Shown: one piece after another, positions 57,280 to 64,000 of the stretch | How the letters are laid out: each line of letters opens with the position of its first letter | How positions within the stretch are numbered: the first letter of the stretch is position 1 | Assembly: GCA_016185185.1 (NCBI GenBank) | Contig: JACPOD010000026.1 | Coordinates: 1,790-65,789 of the forward strand | Source: Sphingobacteriales bacterium | Lineage (GTDB): Bacteria; Bacteroidota; Bacteroidia; Chitinophagales; Chitinophagaceae | Reading direction: 5' to 3' | DNA length: 64,000 bases | Notes under the pieces: generated by a model | The model's database searches: none | What the model was told of the DNA's origin: nothing | Seen by the model: the letters and a program-made list of their open reading frames with translations, nothing else | Made by a program: the position numbers and the translations under genes

Positions 57280-57344
57280 TCAAAACAATTTAGTGCAGTA
57301 GGATTTTTTTCTGTTCAGTATCCTTACAAACCAGCATTCAGTAT

Positions 57345-57677
57345 TTATTTCTTGCGATTGAATATTTTGCTGAGCAGGAAATAAAGCACCAATGCCATCA
57401 CTGTCCAGTACAAAGTAAATATTATTGGCAAAAGAGGTGGAGGAGGATCAGGGTCCTGGCCTAAAACCGTAAGGGGACCAATCAAAATAAACTTAACAGG
57501 ATATATAATGTGGGCCAGTATGTTTTTCCAGGCCACAGGAGATCCCATTCCCGGGAACCACTCACCATGTACAGGCCAGCACTGTACTTTAGGACCTAAA
57601 AGCGAATTAGTGATAAATTGAAACGCAAACGCTGAAACAAGAAAGATGATAACAAACTTTTTTTTGGAGACCTGCAT
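57345..57677 (-). CDS. small membrane protein, unknown function
   Basis: ORF 57345..57746. The start is taken at the internal ATG 57677 to avoid overlapping prmC. It has 3 hydrophobic segments. Confidence 0.35.
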   Translation of the reverse strand: MQVSKKKFVIIFLVSAFAFQFITNSLLGPKVQCWPVHGEWFPGMGSPVAWKNILAHIIYPVKFILIGPLTVLGQDPDPPPPLLPIIFTLYWTVMALVLYFLLSKIFNRKK

Positions 57678-57738
57678 ACTGCTGCGTTTGTAATTGTGTA
57701 AAATATATAGTACTTCAAATAAAAAACGAATACTGATT

Positions 57739-58674
57739 TTATACAACTGCTTTCACCATCCGGTCTTTTCCCTGCATATCTTTCTTTACTTCTATACTGG
57801 TAAATCCTTTTGCTGTAAATAAAGCTATCATATCATTACCCAATGCTTCATTAATTTCCAAAAACATCATTCCAACCGGTTTTAAATGCGTTAAGGCAAA
57901 ATCAGCTATCTGTTTATAAAAGATCAATGCATCATCATCGGGTACAAAAAGTGCTAAGGATGGTTCAAAGTCTAAAACGCCTTTACGCATGGCTGCGGCT
58001 TCACTTCTTTTTACATAAGGTGGGTTACTTACAATAATATCAAACTGGCCTAATTCATTCCATTTAGTTCTGTCTAAAAAGTCAAGCAACTTGAAATCTA
58101 TCTCTGTTTCATTACTCATGGCATTTTGAACGGCTATACTTAATGCTTCACTGCAAACATCAATAGCCGTTACTTTAGCAGCAGGTAACTTCTTTTTCAA
58201 CGCAATGGGTATGCAGCCGCTGCCTGTTCCAATGTCAATTATTTTGAATTTTGAATTTTGAATGTTGAATAAATCGTTGGTAGTCGGCTGTTGTTCATTG
58301 GCCGGAGGATTATCAGGTTTTAATTTTTCATTTTTCATTTTCCACTTTTCACTTTCAATTATCCACTCCACCAGCTCTTCTGTTTCCGGTCTTGGTATCA
58401 GTACTTTTTCATTTACATAAAATTTCATTCCGGCAAACCAGGCTTCACCCAATACATATTGTACAGGCCGGTGGGCTAATAATTCTTTTGTGTATTTTTC
58501 TAACTGCCCCTGCTTTTGTGGAGATAAAGGAAATTCTTTGTTTACGATGCGGTCAATTCGTTTCCATTCTGTAATATGCTCCATCACCCAGTCGGCAATA
58601 TTATGCGCCTCTCTGTCATCATAAATCTCAAACAGCTGAAACAATAACTGCTGGTATGCCCGGTGAATGGTCAT
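57739..58674 (-). CDS. prmC: peptide chain release factor N5-glutamine methyltransferase, with in-frame repeat insertion
   Basis: LIPRPETEELVEW, DIGTGSGCIPIAL and SNPPY motifs. At 311 aa it is about 30 aa longer than I recall for PrmC, and the extra residues map to 58241-58358. Confidence 0.88.
   Translation of the reverse strand: MTIHRAYQQLLFQLFEIYDDREAHNIADWVMEHITEWKRIDRIVNKEFPLSPQKQGQLEKYTKELLAHRPVQYVLGEAWFAGMKFYVNEKVLIPRPETEELVEWIIESEKWKMKNEKLKPDNPPANEQQPTTNDLFNIQNSKFKIIDIGTGSGCIPIALKKKLPAAKVTAIDVCSEALSIAVQNAMSNETEIDFKLLDFLDRTKWNELGQFDIIVSNPPYVKRSEAAAMRKGVLDFEPSLALFVPDDDALIFYKQIADFALTHLKPVGMMFLEINEALGNDMIALFTAKGFTSIEVKKDMQGKDRMVKAVV
58241..58358 (-). repeat. composite element in-frame in prmC: 5 x GAAAA(G/A)T-type + 55-bp spacer + 4 x ATTCAAA (as read on the coding strand)
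   Basis: The plus strand reads attttga attttga attttga atgttga (58241-58268), then tttttca tttttca ttttcca cttttca ctttcaa (58324-58358). Confidence 0.85.
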
Positions 58675-58686
58675 GGGGCAAAAATA

Positions 58687-58802
58687 CTGGTTTCTGGTTG
58701 GGGTTGGTTACTGGTTCCTTGTTCTTATAACCAGCAACCAGTAACTTGTAACCAGCAACCAGTAACTTGTAACCAGCAACCAGTAACTTGTAACCAGCAA
58801 CC
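58687..58802. repeat. heptamer arrays in inverted orientation; right arm is a 21-bp tandem repeat (3.5 copies)
   Basis: Left arm ctggttt ctggttg gggttgg ttactgg ttccttg ttcttat. Right arm (aaccagc aaccagt aacttgt) x3 + aaccagcaacc, at 58729-58802. Confidence 0.9.
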
Positions 58803-58855
58803 TATATATTTGCACCCTACATTCACGACTCCGATTGACGACTCACGAAACATAC

Positions 58856-59905
58856 ATGCATCGTTGCATTGAACTGGCAAAGCTGGGAGCAGGCAAGGTA
58901 GCACCTAATCCTATGGTGGGAGCAGTACTGGTGCAGGATGGAAAAATTATCAGTGAAGGGTATCACCAGCAATATGGTGGTCCGCATGCAGAGGTGAATG
59001 CGATAACCCGTCTGAATATCGCCAACGGCGGTAGTCTGCCGGGTAACGAAGTGATGACACAAAGTACTCTTTATGTTTCTTTAGAACCCTGTGCCCATTA
59101 TGGTAAAACACCACCCTGTGTCAATTTGATTATTGAAAAGAAAATACCCAAAGTTGTTATTGGTTGCCGTGACCCTTCTACAGAAGTAAATGGAAAAGGC
59201 ATTGAAAAACTAAAAGCCGCCGGGGTGGAAGTAGAGTTGGGTATATTGGAAAATGAATGTAAAGAACTGAATAAACGATTCTACACTTTCCACACACAAT
59301 ATCGTCCGTATATCATTTTAAAATGGACCGAAACTGCAGATAGTTTTATTGGCAATACCGATCATTCAAGATTGCTCATCAGCAATCCATACACCAACCG
59401 CTTAGTGCATCAGTGGAGAAGCGAGGAAGCTGCGATACTGGTTGGAACCAATACGGCGCTGTATGATAATCCTGGATTAACAGTAAGATTAGTGGAAGGA
59501 AATAACCCGGTACGGTTGGTAGTGGATATGGATTTATCATTACCACCACAGTTGAAGTTATTTGATAAACAAACAAAAACCATCGTGTTTAATACCATTA
59601 AACAGGAAGAAGAGGAGAACCTGTTGCATTATCAAATCACTAATGATGTAAGTGTGGTGCATCAGATAGCAAATGCTTTGTATAAACTAAAACTGCAAAG
59701 TGTTTTGATTGAAGGCGGTGCCAAACTGTTACAATCCTTTATTGATGCTGGTTATTGGGATGAAGCAAGAGTAATTACCAATAGAGAATTAAAGATAGCA
59801 GAAGGAATTGCTGCGCCGCAATTACGGTATCACAAAAAACTAAAAGAAGATCAATTATTATCAGACCATATTGTTTTTTATCAACCAGAAAAGAATAGCC
59901 ACTAA
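58856..59905 (+). CDS. ribD: bifunctional riboflavin biosynthesis protein RibD (deaminase/reductase)
   Basis: HAEVNA and SLEPCAHYGKTPPC are zinc deaminase motifs. The C-terminal reductase domain follows. The start is taken at ATG 58856 rather than TTG 58835. Confidence 0.9.
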   Translation: MHRCIELAKLGAGKVAPNPMVGAVLVQDGKIISEGYHQQYGGPHAEVNAITRLNIANGGSLPGNEVMTQSTLYVSLEPCAHYGKTPPCVNLIIEKKIPKVVIGCRDPSTEVNGKGIEKLKAAGVEVELGILENECKELNKRFYTFHTQYRPYIILKWTETADSFIGNTDHSRLLISNPYTNRLVHQWRSEEAAILVGTNTALYDNPGLTVRLVEGNNPVRLVVDMDLSLPPQLKLFDKQTKTIVFNTIKQEEEENLLHYQITNDVSVVHQIANALYKLKLQSVLIEGGAKLLQSFIDAGYWDEARVITNRELKIAEGIAAPQLRYHKKLKEDQLLSDHIVFYQPEKNSH

Positions 59906-59910
59906 AGAGT

Positions 59911-60801
59911 ATGCTTATATTATTAATTGGCAGTATTGTATTAACATCGTATCTCACTCTTTCTTTTAAAGTGTGTCACCGCTTTGGTATCAGTACTTTC
60001 CAGGCCATTATTTTTAATTATATAACCTGTGTAATAACCGGCAGTATAGTTAATGGTTCATTCCCGGTGGTGCCGGGTAATTTTCAACAAGACTGGTTTA
60101 AATGGGCCATGCTGATGGGTACTATGTTTATTTCCATTTTTAACCTGGTGGCTTTTACAACACATAAAGCAGGCGTTGCGGTTACTTCTGTTGCCAATAA
60201 ATTATCAATGGTAATACCGGTTGCTTTTTCGGTGTGGTTGTACAACGAGTCGATGGGCTGGATAAAAATTGCTGGGATTTTGATTGCACTGGTAGCGGTA
60301 ATATTAATCAGCATCCGGGAAAAAGATGATGAGAAACATTCCATTAACTGGTTAATACCGGTATTGGTGGGTGGTTTATTTATCAGCTCCGGTTTATTGG
60401 ATACGGCTATTAAATATGTGGAGTATCATTTTTTAAATGAAGAAAATAAAAACGATTACCTGGTATCTGCCTTTTTCTTTGCAGCCGTTATAGGTACTGT
60501 ATTGTTATCCGCTCAGTTGCTTACTGATAAGCAAAAATTACAGCCAAAAGCAATACTGGCAGGAATATGTATTGGTGTTCCTAATTATTTTTCCATCTGG
60601 TGTTTGGTAAAAGTATTAAAGAACCCACCCTATGGATTACAGAGTTCAGCAATTATACCTGTAAATAATATGGGTATTGTATTGTTCAGCGCCATGGTTG
60701 CCTTGCTGCTGTTTCATGAAAAGCTGAGCAAAAAAAACTGGATTGGAATTGTGTTGTCTGTTTTGTCCATTGCACTTATTGCCAGCGGAGATAAATTATA
60801 A
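59911..60801 (+). CDS. DMT (EamA-like) superfamily transporter
   Basis: 296 aa with about 10 TM helices in two halves. Confidence 0.55.
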   Translation: MLILLIGSIVLTSYLTLSFKVCHRFGISTFQAIIFNYITCVITGSIVNGSFPVVPGNFQQDWFKWAMLMGTMFISIFNLVAFTTHKAGVAVTSVANKLSMVIPVAFSVWLYNESMGWIKIAGILIALVAVILISIREKDDEKHSINWLIPVLVGGLFISSGLLDTAIKYVEYHFLNEENKNDYLVSAFFFAAVIGTVLLSAQLLTDKQKLQPKAILAGICIGVPNYFSIWCLVKVLKNPPYGLQSSAIIPVNNMGIVLFSAMVALLLFHEKLSKKNWIGIVLSVLSIALIASGDKL

Positions 60802-61406
60802 TGGAAGAAAAAGATTTTTTTTATACAGTGGATAAAGAAGCAGCGGCTGAATTTAAAGACCGTGGCAGCAAGTTTATTGCTTATGCTTTTGCCATTACCA
60901 AAGTGGAAGATTTTAAAAAACGCCTGGATGAATTAAAGAAAGAACATCCCAAAGCCGTGCATCATTGTTTTGCTTATCGCATAGGATTAGATGGAAATAC
61001 TTTTCGGGTGAGTGATGATGGGGAACCCTCCGGCAGTGCCGGCCGGCCCATACTGGGACAAATTGATAGTAAACAACTCACCAATACCGCCATTATTGTA
61101 GTAAGATATTTTGGCGGAACGTTGTTGGGTGTGCCCGGTTTAATTAATGCATATAAAACTTCATCAGCACTGGCCTTACAAATAACACCCATTGTACAAA
61201 AGCAGGTTGAAGTTCATTATCAATTAGAGTTTGATTATACCAGGATGAATGAAGTGATGATGATCCTTAAGCAATGTAATTGCCGTATTACGGAACAGCA
61301 GTTACAATTATTTTGTGTAATGAAAATTGCTGTACCAAAACAAAGTTTGGAATTAACAGTTCAGCGATTAAATAAGATACAGGGGTTGGTATTTAAAAAA
61401 CAATAA
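60801..61406 (+). CDS. yigZ: YigZ / IMPACT family protein
   Basis: KGSKFIAYAF, HHCFAYR, DDGEPSGSAG and VVRYFGGTLLG motifs. Confidence 0.85.
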   Translation: MEEKDFFYTVDKEAAAEFKDRGSKFIAYAFAITKVEDFKKRLDELKKEHPKAVHHCFAYRIGLDGNTFRVSDDGEPSGSAGRPILGQIDSKQLTNTAIIVVRYFGGTLLGVPGLINAYKTSSALALQITPIVQKQVEVHYQLEFDYTRMNEVMMILKQCNCRITEQQLQLFCVMKIAVPKQSLELTVQRLNKIQGLVFKKQ

Positions 61407-61426
61407 AAAACCCCGCCGGAGCGGGG
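61404..61426. terminator. bidirectional hairpin terminator between yigZ and the GS type III gene
   Basis: Stem ccccgc / gcgggg with loop cgga. An A-run precedes it on the plus strand, giving a T-run on the minus strand. Confidence 0.7.
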
Positions 61427-61473
61427 CTCTAACGTTGAGGCGGATAATATCAACGTAAGAAACAACAGCATCT

Positions 61474-63666
61474 TTATCTTAAGAAAAGCATTTCACGGTA
61501 CTTGGGTAATAACCAGTATTGATCGTCTATCAGTAATTCTAATTTGTCCACACTGTAACGGATGGCATCAAAGAAAGGGGCTTTTACCTGGCTTTCATAG
61601 GCAATGGCTTTGGTTCTTGTATTATCCATCGCATTGCAAATTTTTCTAGCTTCAATCATCTTACTCACCAAATCGCTCACTTTACTGATATGTTCAGAAA
61701 TTTTTACCAGGATTTGTTTTTGATTGGCATAGGAAGCTTCATCTAGTCCAACTTCTTTCAGCCCTTTAATATTGCTGATAAGAACGTTCTGGTATTTTAC
61801 GGCTGCCGGTAAAACATGGCTGGTACACAGTTCGCCCATTATACGGGCTTCAATCTGAACTTTCTTAATGTATTTCTCGAGCTCAATGTCGTGACGGGCT
61901 TCTAACTCAACATGAGTTAGAACGCCATTGCTTTCAAATAACTCTTTGGATTTATCAGTTATCATACCATCCAAAGCAAGCGGCGTAGTTTTTACATTGG
62001 GCAGACCCCTCTTCTCAGCTTCCTTCGCCCATTCTTCACTGTAACCATCGCCCTCAAATAAAACTTTTTCACTGGCCACAATGTATTCACGGATAACATG
62101 CATGATAGCAATCTCCTTCTTTTCACCTTTCTCCATCAGCGCATCCACATCCTCTTTAAATTTCTTTAATGTTTCTGCCATGATGGTGTTCAGCACCGTC
62201 ATGGGATTAGCACAGTTAGCTGTAGAACCCACCGCTCGGAATTCGAATTTATTTCCTGTAAAGGCGAATGGAGAAGTACGGTTACGGTCAGTATTATCTA
62301 ACAGCAATTCTGGTATGCTTCTGTGCAGATCTAATTTTAAAATGGCTTCATCCTGCTCATCAAACTTGGCACTCACTCTTTCTTTAATATCCTGTAATAC
62401 TTTATTGAGATACTGACCAATGAATACGGAGATGATAGCAGGAGGTGCTTCATTGGCACCCAGGCGGTGATCGTTACCCGCTGAGGCAATAGATGCTCTT
62501 AACACATCAGAATAATCATAAACAGCTTTGATGGTGTTTACAAAAAAGGTTAAGAACATCAGGTTTGTTTTGGGCGTTTTACCGGGTGCTAATAAATTAA
62601 CACCGGTATCTGTTGCCATACTCCAGTTGTTGTGTTTACCACTTCCGTTGATACCGGCAAATGGTTTTTCATGCAACAGCACTCTTAATTTATGCCGGCG
62701 TGCAACCCTGTCCATTACATCCATTAATAAGATATTATGATCTACTGCTACACTTACTTCTTCAAAGATGGGAGCACATTCAAATTGTGCAGGCGCCACT
62801 TCGTTATGCCGGGTACGTAAAGGGATGCCAAGTTTGTATGATTCTTCTTCAAAATCTCTCATAAAAGCATATACTCTTTCGGGAATAGAACCAAAATAAT
62901 GATCTTCCAATTGCTGACCTTTTGCAGGGGCGTGACCAAAAACAGTTCTTCCGCTTAATACAATATCCGGACGGGCATTGGACAGTCCTTCATCAATAAT
63001 AAAATATTCCTGCTCCCAGCCTAATGTAGCCGCTACTTTCGTTACGTTTTTATCAAAGTAATTAGCAACATCAACTGCAGCTTTATTTAAGGCTTCTAAA
63101 GATTTTAATAAAGGTGCTTTATAGTCTAACGTTTCGCCGGTATAAGAAACAAATATGGTTGGGATACATAATGTTTTTCCATTGCCGATCTCCATAATAA
63201 AAGCAGGAGAAGAAGGATCCCATGCAGTATAGCCACGGGCTTCAAAAGTTGCACGGATACCGCCACTGGGAAAGGAAGAAGCATCGGGCTCCTGTTGAAT
63301 AAGGGCACCGCCATCAAATTCTTCCAGCGAAGAACCATCGCTTTTCAATGTAAAAAAGGAATCGTGTTTCTCAGCAGTTGTGCCTGTTAATGGTTGAAAC
63401 CAGTGTGTAAAATGGGTAACCCCTTTGCTTTCGGCCCAATGACGGATACCGGCTGCAATTTGATTGGCAACAGCCCTGTCAATTTTTTTTCCACCTTTAG
63501 TTGATGCGACCAGACTTTTATAAGCTTCATCGCTTAAATGTTCCCGTGCGACTTTAAGAGTAAATACATTTTCACCAAAAATGGCAGTGATCTTGGAAGA
63601 ACCACTAACCTCATTTGTTTTACGTTGAGATAGTGAATCCAGTGCATTAAATCGTAAGGATGTCAT
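61474..63666 (-). CDS. glnN: glutamine synthetase type III
   Basis: 730 aa. The typical GSIII N-terminus FGENVF is present, along with RHNEVAPAQFE and NGSGKHNNWS motifs. Confidence 0.93.
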   Translation of the reverse strand: MTSLRFNALDSLSQRKTNEVSGSSKITAIFGENVFTLKVAREHLSDEAYKSLVASTKGGKKIDRAVANQIAAGIRHWAESKGVTHFTHWFQPLTGTTAEKHDSFFTLKSDGSSLEEFDGGALIQQEPDASSFPSGGIRATFEARGYTAWDPSSPAFIMEIGNGKTLCIPTIFVSYTGETLDYKAPLLKSLEALNKAAVDVANYFDKNVTKVAATLGWEQEYFIIDEGLSNARPDIVLSGRTVFGHAPAKGQQLEDHYFGSIPERVYAFMRDFEEESYKLGIPLRTRHNEVAPAQFECAPIFEEVSVAVDHNILLMDVMDRVARRHKLRVLLHEKPFAGINGSGKHNNWSMATDTGVNLLAPGKTPKTNLMFLTFFVNTIKAVYDYSDVLRASIASAGNDHRLGANEAPPAIISVFIGQYLNKVLQDIKERVSAKFDEQDEAILKLDLHRSIPELLLDNTDRNRTSPFAFTGNKFEFRAVGSTANCANPMTVLNTIMAETLKKFKEDVDALMEKGEKKEIAIMHVIREYIVASEKVLFEGDGYSEEWAKEAEKRGLPNVKTTPLALDGMITDKSKELFESNGVLTHVELEARHDIELEKYIKKVQIEARIMGELCTSHVLPAAVKYQNVLISNIKGLKEVGLDEASYANQKQILVKISEHISKVSDLVSKMIEARKICNAMDNTRTKAIAYESQVKAPFFDAIRYSVDKLELLIDDQYWLLPKYREMLFLR

Positions 63667-63716
63667 GGCTGTTGTTTTAATTAAATTTGGAAAATTTAGT
63701 ATCCGCTAATGAATTC

Positions 63717-63724
63717 CAAATGTA
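63717..63724 (-). promoter_or_regulatory. -7 box (TAcaTTTG on minus strand) upstream of the GS type III gene
   Basis: caaatgta lies about 50 nt upstream of the start at 63666. Confidence 0.4.
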
Positions 63725-63787
63725 CAGTTTCAATAGATAAAAATATTTATGGATTTAATGGTATGATGAAATCCATAAGCAATAAGT

Positions 63788-63821
63788 TAAAAAGGGAAGA
63801 AGTTGTTATCAACTTCTTCCC
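63788..63821 (-). terminator. rho-independent terminator after the GS type II gene
   Basis: 12-bp stem gggaagaagttg / caacttcttccc with loop ttat, and a T-run on the minus strand. Confidence 0.75.
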
Positions 63822-63832
63822 TCTGATATTAA

Positions 63833-64000
63833 TTAAGCTTTAACCGACTTAACTGTTGCAATAATCCTTGCTGCAACTTTATAAGGATCAGCAGCAGAAT
63901 TTGGACGACGATCTTCCAGGTAACCTTTCCATCCTTTGGCAGGAACAGTAACAGGGATACGAATAGAAGCTCCACGGTCAGACACACCATAGCTGAAATC
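63833..64000 (-). CDS. glutamine synthetase type II (eukaryote-like), C-terminal part; gene continues beyond window
   Basis: Own translation: [55 protein letters not shown]. This matches the GSII C-terminal signature ([17 protein letters not shown]). Confidence 0.75.
   Translation of the reverse strand, partial: DFSYGVSDRGASIRIPVTVPAKGWKGYLEDRRPNSAADPYKVAARIIATVKSVKA

Noticed and set aside
58675-58855. Possible FMN (RFN) riboswitch upstream of ribD.
   Set aside because: The region consists almost entirely of AACCAG/CTGGTT word repeats. I could not see the conserved RFN core segments. A covariance-model scan would be needed to be sure.
58663-58872. 69-aa ORF MNGHGAKILV...NQQPVTCNQQPVTCNQQPVTCNQQP.
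   Set aside because: It is a translation of the 21-bp tandem repeat in the prmC-ribD divergent spacer. It has a GTG start, no plausible ribosome-binding context, and overlaps the 5' ends of both prmC and ribD.
62081-63338. ORFs of 67-111 aa within the GS type III gene.
   Set aside because: These are shadow ORFs, mostly antisense, inside a 730-aa conserved gene.
1-64000. Search by eye for tRNA, rRNA, tmRNA, transposase, integrase, restriction-modification, toxin-antitoxin or known defence-system genes.
   Set aside because: None was recognised. The only restriction-related hit is a small HsdR_N-like domain protein that lacks helicase or nuclease domains. The YwqK-like protein has no adjacent toxin gene. 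tRNAscan or Infernal and a defence-system HMM scan would be needed to exclude small or novel elements.

Overview
64-kb chromosomal segment that looks like Bacteroidota, probably Chitinophagia or Sphingobacteriia. This rests on TAnnTTTG -7 promoter boxes upstream of many genes, adjacent glutamine synthetase type III and type II genes, a four-helix-bundle (23S rRNA IVS-type) protein gene, and frequent TTG starts. About 65 protein genes are present and most are housekeeping: mdh, efp-accB-accC, hbd, apbC, kynU, pyrF, an acyl-CoA dehydrogenase, queA, a Glu/Leu/Phe/Val dehydrogenase, ccmCD, an rRNA methyltransferase, rnhA, fmt, slyD, pepT, SOD, exbBD, prmC, ribD, GSIII. I recognised no rRNA, tRNA, CRISPR array, transposase, integrase or canonical defence system. 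The most unusual signal is not a gene cluster but a family of short degenerate tandem word arrays, each 4-9 copies of a 7-bp unit. They occur as single arms, as paired arms around a short spacer, and as inverted arms flanking a four-helix-bundle gene. They also sit between co-directional adjacent genes and in-frame inside housekeeping genes (rRNA methyltransferase, fmt, prmC). One roughly 65-72 bp element is clearly homologous between the rRNA methyltransferase and fmt genes and is read in the same frame in both. Other points: a perfect 27-bp inverted repeat pair bracketing a single AT-rich membrane-protein gene; four 58-bp tandem units between the SOD stop codon and its terminator; a double-glycine-leader Cys-rich peptide gene next to an ECF sigma/anti-sigma/DUF4097 operon; an fmt ORF that appears to lack about 33 conserved residues including the catalytic Asp region; a tandem USP duplication with a conserved promoter block; and several possibly decayed genes. 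All functional calls come from reading the translated ORFs and recalling family motifs. No database search was run.
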